Source of the DNA: a virus
Strand: one strand, 5' to 3'
IMG/VR virus record: IMGVR_UViG_3300021077_000115
Coordinates: 302,064 to 366,063 of that record
Length of the DNA stretch: 64,000 bases
This document shows positions 53,314-62,760 of the stretch, in pieces (positions within the stretch are counted from its first letter, which is position 1; each line of letters begins with the position of its first letter). The translations under genes and the position numbers were made by a program. A model generated the notes under the pieces. It ran no database searches and was not told where the DNA came from. It was given only the letters and a program-made list of their open reading frames with translations.

Positions 53314-53688
53314 TTAGTCAGTGTCAAGTCCTAAAAACTTAAAAACATTCTCGGCTTCCTTCTTATTTGTTTTATCAAAGAAATTCTCACAATTTTTTCG
53401 ATAATCAGGATCCGAATAAAAGCGCATTACATGAGCCTTTTGATTGAATTCTGGTAAAAATTCAACATCAGATGTACTATCTGCTAACGATATCATTACT
53501 GCAGTTACTTCTTCTGCACGAGCTGTTCTACCAACTCTTTCGAAACTTTCAGCCGCATTATTCAGCGCCTGCATTGCTGCAAAAACTAACTGATCATATT
53601 GCTGAGACTCTTCTAAAAGAGCTTCCTGTTGGGCATTTTGCATACCCTCAAAAAGCTCCTCTGCGCAAGATCCTTGCTTGAAAATCAT
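53314..53688 (-). CDS. Hypothetical protein (124 aa).
   Basis: ORF coupled to the upstream gene by ATGA. Confidence 0.4.
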   Translation of the reverse strand: MIFKQGSCAEELFEGMQNAQQEALLEESQQYDQLVFAAMQALNNAAESFERVGRTARAEEVTAVMISLADSTSDVEFLPEFNQKAHVMRFYSDPDYRKNCENFFDKTNKKEAENVFKFLGLDTD

Positions 53689-53900
53689 ATTGATACCTCT
53701 ATAGTACTTTCATCAATAGTTTGTGCTCTTTTGATAATTGCGTCAACAGCAGCACATTGAAGTGTCATACCGGCATTTTCAAGCAAGTTACGAGCTTTAA
53801 GAAGAGAGGATATGGCCTCATCTGCTCCGAGAGATTTCTTAAGATCTCTACTGAGAAAAAAGGCCATATCTTGTTCTATTTTTGTGGTGAAATTTTTCAT
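53685..53900 (-). CDS. Hypothetical small protein (71 aa).
   Basis: ORF in the coupled string. Confidence 0.35.
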   Translation of the reverse strand: MKNFTTKIEQDMAFFLSRDLKKSLGADEAISSLLKARNLLENAGMTLQCAAVDAIIKRAQTIDESTIEVSI

Positions 53901-53907
53901 GTTACCT

Positions 53908-54198
53908 TTATGGGGTCCTTACACCAAGTGATTCCAGAAGTGATACCATAGATGCCTTCTTCTTTTTCTTATCTTTATCAGAAATATCAATACTTGGATA
54001 CTTACTATGTACGGCCCTCTTTACGGCACTTTGTAGTTCTTTCAACGAACCACTCCACCATGGCGGGGCTGACGTATATTGGTGAGATCTGGCAAGAGCA
54101 TTTCGAGCACGGCCAATAGTATCAATAGGAAAGTGATCTTTATCATCCTTTACTTTTGGATGCTTATCACCAAATATGGCAGCCGGCTTATTACGCAC
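53908..54198 (-). CDS. Hypothetical small basic protein (96 aa).
   Basis: ORF containing ...HFPIDTIGRARNALARSHQ... and a KKKKK tract. Confidence 0.4.
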   Translation of the reverse strand: MRNKPAAIFGDKHPKVKDDKDHFPIDTIGRARNALARSHQYTSAPPWWSGSLKELQSAVKRAVHSKYPSIDISDKDKKKKKASMVSLLESLGVRTP

Positions 54199-54230
54199 CT
54201 TAGCTTTTGGATCTTTATCTCCAGCTGCCT

Positions 54231-55286
54231 TTATGCTAAAAAACCTTTAGCCAACTCCTCTGCTAACTTCTGTAAAGATGTTTTCTTGCTCGCAACACTA
54301 CGAGTCAATTCATCAAGATTAGGCTCTTCTGCCTCTGCATTGCCATCCTCTCCGATACCCTCAACCAATGATTCAATATCTGGATCATCAAGATCAAGCT
54401 CACCTTCACTAGCACCTTCAGCTTCAGCAGGCTGATCAAGAATAGACCAATCACCTTCGCCCTCAGCAGGCTCTTCAAGTTCTTGCATCAATTTCTCGAA
54501 CTCTTTGTTGTCATCTGAATCTTCGGCCATACCCATATCGCCGCAATCAGCATCGCCGCAATCAATAACTTCGGAGGCATCATCGGACGCTTTTTTGGTA
54601 GTCTTCTTTTTGTCGTCCTTCTTGTCGTCTTTGCCCTTTGGCTTGGCCTTATCGTCTTTCTTGTCGTCCTTCTTCTTCAACCAAGGAGGTAGCCCTTTGG
54701 CATCATTCTTGTCGCCTTTTTTAGCATCTTCCTTTTTCTTGGCATCTTCCTTCTTTTTTTCGGCGGCCTTCTTCTCTTCTTCCTTCTTCTTGGCTGCGGC
54801 TTCTTCCTTCTTGTCTTTGCCCTTGCCTTTTTCTTCCTTCTTCTTGGCAGCGGTTTTTACAAGGTTATCAAGAGCTAACAATGTGAGAGCTGATGCCTTA
54901 GAGAGTCCTGCCTCGTCCAAAATTTCGGAAGCGTTGCACAAACTCTTAATACAAGATTCGTACTTGGTCATAGCCTTCTTTTTTGCAGCTTTGGCCTTAG
55001 CCTTCTCTTTCTCGGCCTTCTCCTTTGCCTTCTCTTTTTCAGCTTTGGCCTTGGCCTTTTCCTTGTCAGCCTTTGCCTTCTCTTTTTCAGCTTCGGCCTT
55101 AGCCTTCGCCTTTTCTTTGGCAGCCTTTTCCTTATCGTCTTCTTTCTTTGCAGCCATCTTTGTGAATTGTGGTTCTGCCTTTGTGAAAATAGACTGATAT
55201 ACTGGGCTGGCCATAATACCATTCATCTCTGTAGCAATATCAAATTTAGACATATTTACCTCATTATGGATGGGCGGGGCCTTCAA
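54231..55286 (-). CDS. Highly charged K/E/A-rich low-complexity protein with an acidic C-terminus; a scaffold-like or internal-protein candidate. The probable true start is the ATG at 55251 (MSKFDIATEM...).
   Basis: Contains (KEKAKAKAE)n-like tracts and ...DCGDADCGDMGMAEDSDD...GEGD.... The TTG start at 55286 would read through a GC hairpin. A GAGG SD precedes the ATG at 55251. Confidence 0.5.
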   Translation of the reverse strand: MKAPPIHNEVNMSKFDIATEMNGIMASPVYQSIFTKAEPQFTKMAAKKEDDKEKAAKEKAKAKAEAEKEKAKADKEKAKAKAEKEKAKEKAEKEKAKAKAAKKKAMTKYESCIKSLCNASEILDEAGLSKASALTLLALDNLVKTAAKKKEEKGKGKDKKEEAAAKKKEEEKKAAEKKKEDAKKKEDAKKGDKNDAKGLPPWLKKKDDKKDDKAKPKGKDDKKDDKKKTTKKASDDASEVIDCGDADCGDMGMAEDSDDNKEFEKLMQELEEPAEGEGDWSILDQPAEAEGASEGELDLDDPDIESLVEGIGEDGNAEAEEPNLDELTRSVASKKTSLQKLAEELAKGFLA

Positions 55287-55294
55287 CCCCGCCC
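55272..55294 (-). promoter_or_regulatory. Perfect 8-bp GC stem-loop in the 19-nt gap between the protease/scaffold-like gene and the K/E-rich gene.
   Basis: GGGCGGGG-ccttcaa-CCCCGCCC in a 40% GC genome, with no U-tract. It lies just 5' of the GAGG SD and ATG at 55251. Confidence 0.45.
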
Positions 55295-55305
55295 GGCCCA
55301 GAAAA

Positions 55306-58300
55306 TTAGAACTTCAAACCTTTTGACTCAAAGTAGTTATCAAAGAAACTCTTGATATCTTGCTCGCCTTCTTGTGCAACCTTGGCCATTGGTAGAATTA
55401 CTTCGCCTGAACTTAGAAGACCAACCATAGGAATGGAAGCCTGCTTGTTCATAGATGGTTGTCGTGCCAAAATATTCTTGATGCTCTCAAATCCCGCGTC
55501 ATTCCACTTCATAATGTCGTTGACTTGTGAATCAAGCTGACCCTCAGTAATCATGCCTTTAGCAATCATTTGATGGGCAACTTCATAAGCTCTCTTGATA
55601 CGTCCCTTGTAAGACTCAACTTCCTCAGCTTGCTTGGCTTTGGCATGTTCCTGTGTCAACTTGGTTGCGAAATCTTTACTTTCTGTATCGCCCTGACCAA
55701 ACAGTTCCTTCCAATATTTAACTGCTTCCGCGTCAACACCATGGGAAACCAACTTATCAACATCATCAGCCTTCATCTTGCCTTCTGCAACTAGAGCCTG
55801 AATCATCTCAGCTTGCTTACGTACACGAGGTGGCATATTGGCCAACTCAAGCATGTAGCTTTGAATATCCTTTGGCACATGGAATTCAGCACCTGGAACA
55901 TTTGGCTTTACATCCAAGTTACCGGCGTCAACTGCACTAACACTGCCACCTGGATGCGCATCGTTAGACAATTCATTAAACCCAAGCAAGCCCTTTTCAG
56001 CTAGCTTTATACGTGCCTGGGCACGCCCTTCTTTAGTTGATAGTTCCAAAGTTCCTCCTGCTGTTACTGTTACCTCTCCTAGTTGCTGAGTTGTTCCATC
56101 TGGAGTCTTCAACGACAACTTGGCATCTGCCTTATCCGAAGCTCCCTTGCCCTTGATGTTAGCTAACCAGCTATCGAATGTACCTCCGTCTTCCGCCGCA
56201 CCTTCATCAGCACATGGCAATTCACCAGTTGCTGCGTCTGCAGACTCTTCTTCAGCTCCATCCTTTGCATCGGCGCATTCTTCATCTTCTGCTCCGTCTT
56301 TTGCATCAGCGGCATCAGCACATTCCTCGGTTCCGTCAGCTGCATCTGCAGTCTCTTCGGTTTCTTCTTCCGAAGCGAAAATTGCGTCAAGAAGATCTTT
56401 TTCTGGATCTTTCTGTGAAGCGCGCTTCTCCAACTCAGCAGTTCCGTAAGCATACTTAACAACAGCCTCCATCAACTTACCAGCATCAACCAACATGGCC
56501 TTTGCATCTTTGACTGCCGAAATTGTTAGTGCGTTCAGATATTCACGCTGCTCTTCGGTCATAGAAGCATAAGTTTCCTTATAGACCCTCTTTGCTGTGT
56601 TGATTTCACGCATGTGCTTCGCCAAAGAAGTAATCGTCTCATCGACGCCCTCTTGCAACATACCATTCACGCGCTTACGCATTGACTGAAGTTGAGACGC
56701 GGTCTTTGGCCCTTCCGAGAACTCTGCATCACCTGCAGGCTCAACGTCTGGCATAGCATCTGCATCTTCAGAAACAGCACCACTGACCTTGTCACGAAGA
56801 TCACTAAGTTTGCCACCCATCTCATCAAACAAAGACTGAAGGTCATCGACGATTTCATCAGTATTCCCGCCCTTTCCGCCAACATTCTTTGGTGGCTCAA
56901 GTGGAGGAAGATCTGCGCCGCCTGCAGCACCATCGACTGGAGGAGCTGGAGGAGCAGCTGGAGCTGCTTGTGCGTTCTTTAATAGAGCGTCTGCTGTAGC
57001 CTGAAAGCCCTCGGTCTGAATGCGATTCAGCAATGACTTACCAAAACGCTCAGTAGCAACGGCGTCATAAAGAGACTCTGAATTACCCTTGGTAATTTGA
57101 TCAACAGAGGCGCGAAGAATTGCTTTATCATTAGCATAAACGACCCAGCTCGAAGCTGACTTATTGACACGGCCATCAGGAAGAGCAACCTTCTCAAAAC
57201 GAGCCTTCACCAACGAAGCACGAAGCAACTTCTCCTTCTCTTTCTCGTCGTCATCATAAAGACCTTCGACATCGCCAACGCCTGGGAATGGTTTTTCACC
57301 AACCATTTGCTTATCAAGCATACGGTCTTTCTCATTCAAAGGATCCTTTGAATATTGAACTTTACCTGGCTTTGGCTCTTCTGTGCCTAGGTAATATCCC
57401 TTGCTCTGCAGTTGTTCCTTTGCCTTCTTAAGAGCGGCTTCGCGGAACAATGCGCGCTCGTGCTCATCAGCTAAACGCTGAAGTTCTTTCTTTACCTTCT
57501 CGTCACCTGGGTACATACCCTCTTCGTCACCTGTGTTTGGGAAAGGAGCCGGACCATGTAAATTCTTGTCCATCAATCTCGCCTTCTCATTCAAAGGATC
57601 CTTTGAATATTGAGCCTGTCCCGGCTTTGGTTCTTCTGTACCTTGAAAATATGCATTCTTCTTTGTCATGGTTGGTTCCTCATTATTAGATACTACTCTA
57701 AGTAAATTCTCCTGTAGGCTAGCCAGTTTCGTCTGCGCTCCCAAAATTGCTCTCTGTAACTCTGAGGCGTAAGTTGGGAAAGCCTCAGGCGGATTTATCT
57801 GAGTCGATGGTTCTGCACCAGATTCTTCCATCGACCAGCTAGAGCGAGTTGGGCCAACCGCATCGCTCTCATCACTTTCATCAAAGTCATTGGCCATAGA
57901 TTCGATCTTGCCCATCAGACTTTGAAGGTCTTTCTGAATAGATGTCAAATCTTGCCTAGACAAACCTTTCTTTACTTCCAAATAATCTGAAAGTAACCCG
58001 GCAGCCTTAGCAATATCACTGGCAATAATATGCTTAACCTTGGCTTTTGGGTCTGCTCCGGAAACAACTAATGACAGTTCAATCGGAGTCAAATCTAGGT
58101 TGATTTCACCGTAGCAGCTCTTGTTCTTCATATGTTGGCAGAAATCTTTTTCAGTTCTGGCGACTCTGTGGCAGTCGGAACATACAGCTCGCCCTACGGC
58201 TGTACCCATCGAAACATTGTTGGCAACCCCTGTCTTAACCTTATCGGCCAAGTCACCATAATTTTTCGCATCAAGAGCACAAAGAGCAATTACTCTCTTT

Positions 58301-58767
58301 CTACGGTCATCATATACGGTGTCAACAATAACGCCTCGAATCTTATCAACCGACTGTGATTGATGATCGAGGCATAATGGACGACCGACCCAATTTTTAT
58401 ATGCTACTTTCAACTCTGCTTCTGGAAAGATGTCTCGGTTATTATTCCGATAAGGCATAAGGGTTTTTTCATTACAAACCCACTTTACACCGCCTTCCTT
58501 AGTAGATTCCCAAGCAGCTTCGACATCTTTTCCTTGTGATGTCTTCTTTGGGGTTCCATCATCATTAATGCAAGCTGCCTCAGCGGCATGCATCATCACG
58601 CAAGTAAAATATAAGAAGTCTTTTGCTTTTGGAGCGATAACCTTCAACTCTTGAGCAAACTTGTACATGCGGTTTTCAATATCCAAATCCATATCATCTG
58701 CCAATTTCTCAATTGGCTTGATATCCTCTGGTCTGATGAAAACCGATTCTCCTAGTTTAATAAGCAT
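55306..58767 (-). CDS. Large (1153 aa) protein with an N-terminal putative prohead-protease-like domain (carrying a Cys4 cluster), followed by a long acidic coiled or scaffold-like region with roughly 70-aa tandem repeats.
   Basis: The N-terminus contains ...RPLCLDHQ... and ...GVANNVSMGTAVGRAVCSDCHRVARTEKDFCQHMKNKSC.... Repeats are YFQGTEEPKPGQAQYSKDPLNEKARLMDKNLHGPAPFP... and YYLGTEEPKPGKVQYSKDPLNEKDRMLDKQMVGEKPFP.... The C-terminus is D/E/A-rich. The protease assignment is tentative. Confidence 0.45.
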   Translation of the reverse strand: MLIKLGESVFIRPEDIKPIEKLADDMDLDIENRMYKFAQELKVIAPKAKDFLYFTCVMMHAAEAACINDDGTPKKTSQGKDVEAAWESTKEGGVKWVCNEKTLMPYRNNNRDIFPEAELKVAYKNWVGRPLCLDHQSQSVDKIRGVIVDTVYDDRRKRVIALCALDAKNYGDLADKVKTGVANNVSMGTAVGRAVCSDCHRVARTEKDFCQHMKNKSCYGEINLDLTPIELSLVVSGADPKAKVKHIIASDIAKAAGLLSDYLEVKKGLSRQDLTSIQKDLQSLMGKIESMANDFDESDESDAVGPTRSSWSMEESGAEPSTQINPPEAFPTYASELQRAILGAQTKLASLQENLLRVVSNNEEPTMTKKNAYFQGTEEPKPGQAQYSKDPLNEKARLMDKNLHGPAPFPNTGDEEGMYPGDEKVKKELQRLADEHERALFREAALKKAKEQLQSKGYYLGTEEPKPGKVQYSKDPLNEKDRMLDKQMVGEKPFPGVGDVEGLYDDDEKEKEKLLRASLVKARFEKVALPDGRVNKSASSWVVYANDKAILRASVDQITKGNSESLYDAVATERFGKSLLNRIQTEGFQATADALLKNAQAAPAAPPAPPVDGAAGGADLPPLEPPKNVGGKGGNTDEIVDDLQSLFDEMGGKLSDLRDKVSGAVSEDADAMPDVEPAGDAEFSEGPKTASQLQSMRKRVNGMLQEGVDETITSLAKHMREINTAKRVYKETYASMTEEQREYLNALTISAVKDAKAMLVDAGKLMEAVVKYAYGTAELEKRASQKDPEKDLLDAIFASEEETEETADAADGTEECADAADAKDGAEDEECADAKDGAEEESADAATGELPCADEGAAEDGGTFDSWLANIKGKGASDKADAKLSLKTPDGTTQQLGEVTVTAGGTLELSTKEGRAQARIKLAEKGLLGFNELSNDAHPGGSVSAVDAGNLDVKPNVPGAEFHVPKDIQSYMLELANMPPRVRKQAEMIQALVAEGKMKADDVDKLVSHGVDAEAVKYWKELFGQGDTESKDFATKLTQEHAKAKQAEEVESYKGRIKRAYEVAHQMIAKGMITEGQLDSQVNDIMKWNDAGFESIKNILARQPSMNKQASIPMVGLLSSGEVILPMAKVAQEGEQDIKSFFDNYFESKGLKF

Positions 58768-58934
58768 TAGCTCTCCATTGAATTTTTATCTTTAACTCCA
58801 GACTCTTTTGCAGAAATGCGTTCTTGCGCTTTCTCTAAGGCTGTAGCTAAAGCAGATTTGCGTTCGGTATCATCCTCAATTTCGTAAGGATCAACAACGC
58901 TAATAATTTCTGCATCGCCAGTTTTTACTAACAT
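58767..58934 (-). CDS. Unlisted small acidic ORF (55 aa), found by manual translation.
   Basis: Translation MLVKTGDAEIISVVDPYEIEDDTERKSALATALEKAQERISAKESGVKDKNSMES. GGAG lies 9 nt upstream. Its stop overlaps the next ATG (TAATG), and it fills the only gap in this gene string. Confidence 0.3.
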   Translation of the reverse strand: MLVKTGDAEIISVVDPYEIEDDTERKSALATALEKAQERISAKESGVKDKNSMES

Positions 58935-58946
58935 ACCAATCTCCAA

Positions 58947-59570
58947 TTAGCTCTCTTGCAAAGCTTTCTGCCTTTCCTTGAAGAGCTGAACGACCAACGG
59001 GACTCGTTCCTCAATGGGCTCACTATCACCGTCCGAAATATCCTTTGCCCAATTCTTTGCCAAAATATTACTGTCTATGTGCTCCAAAATACGATCTCTA
59101 ATCAACTGCTCAATTTGATTCATCTGCTTCTTGAGCGAGTCAATCGTCGAAATCAAGTGATCTCGGAACTCGGAACTATTAAGATTCGAGAATATTGACA
59201 CAAAAGTATCAACATATTTATCTAATTCTCTAATAGCTCCAATAAATGATTCCATTATCTCTTCGGTAGCGGTATCCGTGCTGAAAGAATTCATCAAGGC
59301 CACACACTTATAAGCCTTCTTTACTATTTTCCTGAACTTCAATTTCACCTGGTCACGGTATTCCCTGAAAGTTTTTCTGTAATCTGTAACCATCTCCATA
59401 TCAATATTTTGATGCTTCTGGAATGGAACATAGATTAGATCAAGATAATCTTTTGTATCTTGTAACCCCGAGATAAGCTGCTCAAAATATTCCTCTGCCT
59501 TTTCCGCAACCCTCTTTTCAGATTCCGGAACACCAAAATGCATTTGAATAGAGTAAGCTTTTCGATACAT
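58947..59570 (-). CDS. Hypothetical protein (207 aa).
   Basis: ORF with an ATG start. Confidence 0.45.
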   Translation of the reverse strand: MYRKAYSIQMHFGVPESEKRVAEKAEEYFEQLISGLQDTKDYLDLIYVPFQKHQNIDMEMVTDYRKTFREYRDQVKLKFRKIVKKAYKCVALMNSFSTDTATEEIMESFIGAIRELDKYVDTFVSIFSNLNSSEFRDHLISTIDSLKKQMNQIEQLIRDRILEHIDSNILAKNWAKDISDGDSEPIEERVPLVVQLFKERQKALQES

Positions 59571-59602
59571 TATTTATTAATCCTATATCACAGTATTACC
59601 AT

Positions 59603-60703
59603 TTATACCTGTCCAGGTCCCGAATATGGCAGCTGAACAATGCCAGCCGCGCCATCCGGCATTCCACCTACTCCGGCTCCACTTCCTGGATATACAAATG
59701 TATAATCTGTAGAATTATCCCTAAGACCAACTTCAACAACATCACCAATTCCGGCAACATCATTTACATCATCTTCTTCTTGTATATCTACTAAAACATC
59801 AGGGTCAATTACCAAATATTGATTATATCTGAGAATAGCCACATCAATATCTTTGGTAAGAATATCATGTATTAAAGTATCTGTAATAGGTTTATCAAAT
59901 TTCTCAAAAATAGCTGATGAATCTAGATTGGCAGAAAACATTTTACCAGAAGAGTCTTTTTGTTTTTTATTAGCCGCCTCCATTGAGGTGCACCAATAAT
60001 TGCCTGGTTTGAGCAAATCTGAAGCCTTACATCTAATGTAAATGCGAACATATGCATTCTTATTCAAGGAAGCTATTTTCGCAATTCTACTAAGCTGACT
60101 GAACTCTATATCTGTGCCAGGCGGCAGATTGAAATTAACCGGCCTCGTAATAGTCATGTCATTAACAGCCGGATTTTGCGGAGAGAATGAATTCGTCTCC
60201 CGTGTCAGAGACACCGCATCGATAGCATTGCTTTTATCGTCTTCCAATTCATTAGCAAATTGCTTGACGGCATCATAATAGCTTCGCGTAACCTTTGGAG
60301 GTAGGTATGCACCCATTCCGAATTCAGCTGCCTCTTTGAGAGCTTTCTCAACTGGCCATCCTGTGTAGATACGATACATCGCCACACTCATTCCAGTTCG
60401 ATCCTTGCCATGAAGGCAATGAATGTATGTAGGCCCATCATGCGTGAGGGTTGGAATGATTCTTTTCTTTAAGGCGGCTACCTTTGGATCGCTTCCATCG
60501 CCCAAGCCCCAAATAATATGCTTGAGCCCAAGCTCTTCACAAATCGAATCTATATTGTGTCCACACTCATCATCCAAACTAACAATCTTATTTATTCCCA
60601 ATCCCTTGAGAAAAATCAAATCATGAGCAGACGGACATCCTCCTCTGTATAAATTCTTGGATACTTGTGAAAATCTAGCTGGCATCTTCATCCTTGAAAT
60701 CAA
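59603..60703 (-). CDS. Protein tyrosine/dual-specificity phosphatase of the CX5R type (Siw14/PFA-DSP-like N-terminal domain) plus a ~200-aa C-terminal extension. The probable start is the ATG at 60691 or 60685.
   Basis: YIHCLHGKDRTGMSVAMY is the HCxxGxxR(S/T)G P-loop. The upstream NLYRGGCP motif is typical of the Y_phosphatase2/Siw14 family. The SD AAGGATGA precedes the internal ATG. Confidence 0.7.
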   Translation of the reverse strand: MISRMKMPARFSQVSKNLYRGGCPSAHDLIFLKGLGINKIVSLDDECGHNIDSICEELGLKHIIWGLGDGSDPKVAALKKRIIPTLTHDGPTYIHCLHGKDRTGMSVAMYRIYTGWPVEKALKEAAEFGMGAYLPPKVTRSYYDAVKQFANELEDDKSNAIDAVSLTRETNSFSPQNPAVNDMTITRPVNFNLPPGTDIEFSQLSRIAKIASLNKNAYVRIYIRCKASDLLKPGNYWCTSMEAANKKQKDSSGKMFSANLDSSAIFEKFDKPITDTLIHDILTKDIDVAILRYNQYLVIDPDVLVDIQEEDDVNDVAGIGDVVEVGLRDNSTDYTFVYPGSGAGVGGMPDGAAGIVQLPYSGPGQV

Positions 60704-60983
60704 TTGCTTTTATAGCAACCATCAAGGCAATTTCAGCCGGCTCATCTACATCCTCATTTAAAGCTCTATCAAATGCTACCTTAAATGCCTTTTGAAACTT
60801 CAATCGCCGATCATCATCGCCTTTTCGTAGCTTTCTCATTACATAACTATAGCTCAGATCTGCCCTTGGATTTTCTGTATCAGTTATCGCAGCATAAGCA
60901 AAAAGAGCATCCTTCGTTAGCTCGGACTCGCCAAGCAACCTCAAATCTTTGCAAATGGATGCTAATTCACTGGCTATGCTCAT
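60675..60983 (-). CDS. Hypothetical protein (102 aa).
   Basis: ORF. Confidence 0.4.
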   Translation of the reverse strand: MSIASELASICKDLRLLGESELTKDALFAYAAITDTENPRADLSYSYVMRKLRKGDDDRRLKFQKAFKVAFDRALNEDVDEPAEIALMVAIKAIDFKDEDAS

Positions 60984-60985
60984 TA

Positions 60986-61423
60986 TTAAATTCCCTTACT
61001 CTTAATCTTCTTCACCCTACCTTTGAAGCAATTCATAACATCAACTCCATCTAATGGAGACACCAAATAAACATTGTAGGAATTGAATAATATAACTGTC
61101 TTGAATTTCCTAATAGGTGTTTCTACTTCGCATTCTATGGCGAAAACCTCGCCTCTTCCCCAAAGAACTTTACCTTCAACAAATAGATTGTTGGATATCT
61201 CGAAATCAGCATAATTGGTAGTTCCGCCAGATTCTCCCCAGTAAACCTGAATAGTTTTACCTTTGTAGAAATGGCCAACTGCCTCTGCTAAAGAAGTGAT
61301 GTGTGAATATTTAGCTTCATCAGATTCATAAACATTTTCTGCGGCATAGATATTTGAACCATCTTCCGCAATATTGATTATGTCATTTTTGTTGTTTTCA
61401 TCACTCATCTTATTCTCCAACAA
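60986..61423 (-). CDS. Hypothetical protein (145 aa).
   Basis: ORF. Confidence 0.4.
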   Translation of the reverse strand: MLENKMSDENNKNDIINIAEDGSNIYAAENVYESDEAKYSHITSLAEAVGHFYKGKTIQVYWGESGGTTNYADFEISNNLFVEGKVLWGRGEVFAIECEVETPIRKFKTVILFNSYNVYLVSPLDGVDVMNCFKGRVKKIKSKGI

Positions 61424-62760
61424 TCAAAGGCAACCTTCCTAAAACTTTTGTCTAGAACTTCAGATTCAATTACCTCTAGTTCCGAAATGCCGGGAACAAC
61501 CTCAACGTCAATTCCCATTTTAGTGAGATTCAAAAACTCATCAGCTAGATACTTAGATATGCCAAAAATTGCAGGTAGGGAAGCCATCTTGCTTCCATAA
61601 ACTTCCACTTGCACTTCTATATCATCATCTTGGTGTCTTACCGAGCACGTAGCATCAATTTCTTGCCTCAACGCACTGGCTAATACTCGCGCAAATTGAG
61701 CTTTGTAATCAAAAGTTTGCCCATTGACTTTGATCAATGCCTGGGTTTTGGGCAGTGCCTTTTTTAGTAGAGCTCTTTTGACAATTCTTGTAATTGGTCC
61801 ATCAGACGCAACTGTTGGCTCTGGCTCTGCTGGTACTGGTTTTGGCTCCACAATAGGCTCAGACGGAGGTTTGTAATTTTTGAGACTATTCGATGGATCA
61901 GTAGAGAGCCAAACTCCTAACATAGATAATTGATCCCTTTTAGGAATTCTAGTGCCTAAATCTGTTAGGATAACCTTATCAATAGGAATTAGAATCTCAT
62001 TAGTCCCTGTAGGAAATGCTACAGGCGGCAAATGCAATTCAACTCTCATTTCATTCGAATATCTATTTTTTACCTGTTCAGAAACTGGAGAGAAGTTCAC
62101 CACTTCCAACATTGAATCATTTAGGATGGAAAACTTAAGGTTCTCCAAAAATTGATTATAGTATGGAGCCATATAATCAAGCATACTGGCATCAAACAAA
62201 CGCCCTAGATTTCGCCATATAGTTTCTTTGACATTGGTACTTATAGAAATGTTTTCTGGGCCATATTTTCGATACCAAGAAAACATAGATATTGGTTGGT
62301 TGATTCGCCTGCCAATTGGAACTTCAGACCTAAACTCTTCTGGTAACTGTTCCCATAGCTTCTGAACTAAGGTCTTATCTTTATGATAATCCTTCGCTAC
62401 CCAACGAAGATTCTTGCCAGCTAAGGTATTTCCGCCTTTACCAACATATTCCTCTTGATGTTCCAACATTGCATCTCGAAGCGTCTCAATTTTTCTGACA
62501 CTATCAGAAAGCAAAGATGGAAGTACTTCAGAAGTAATACGGTCAACAGCTTCAGCATCCTGACTTCTAACAGCCTCATCTAATCTCTTGAATGTTCGTT
62601 CAACTGGTTCTCTAAGGGCTTTGAGTGCTTTTCTGTTTTTTCGAGTAGCAAACCAATCCTTAACTTTTTGAACGACTCCAGCAATTTTAACTAGATCTCC
62701 AGTATTCGCCTGTAGCTCTAAAGCTGCATATCGCAATATCTGAAGATCTTCGTTCTCCAT
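61405..62760 (-). CDS. Hypothetical protein (451 aa).
   Basis: ORF coupled to the upstream gene (ATG/TAA overlap at 62760). Confidence 0.45.
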   Translation of the reverse strand: MENEDLQILRYAALELQANTGDLVKIAGVVQKVKDWFATRKNRKALKALREPVERTFKRLDEAVRSQDAEAVDRITSEVLPSLLSDSVRKIETLRDAMLEHQEEYVGKGGNTLAGKNLRWVAKDYHKDKTLVQKLWEQLPEEFRSEVPIGRRINQPISMFSWYRKYGPENISISTNVKETIWRNLGRLFDASMLDYMAPYYNQFLENLKFSILNDSMLEVVNFSPVSEQVKNRYSNEMRVELHLPPVAFPTGTNEILIPIDKVILTDLGTRIPKRDQLSMLGVWLSTDPSNSLKNYKPPSEPIVEPKPVPAEPEPTVASDGPITRIVKRALLKKALPKTQALIKVNGQTFDYKAQFARVLASALRQEIDATCSVRHQDDDIEVQVEVYGSKMASLPAIFGISKYLADEFLNLTKMGIDVEVVPGISELEVIESEVLDKSFRKVAFDCWRIR

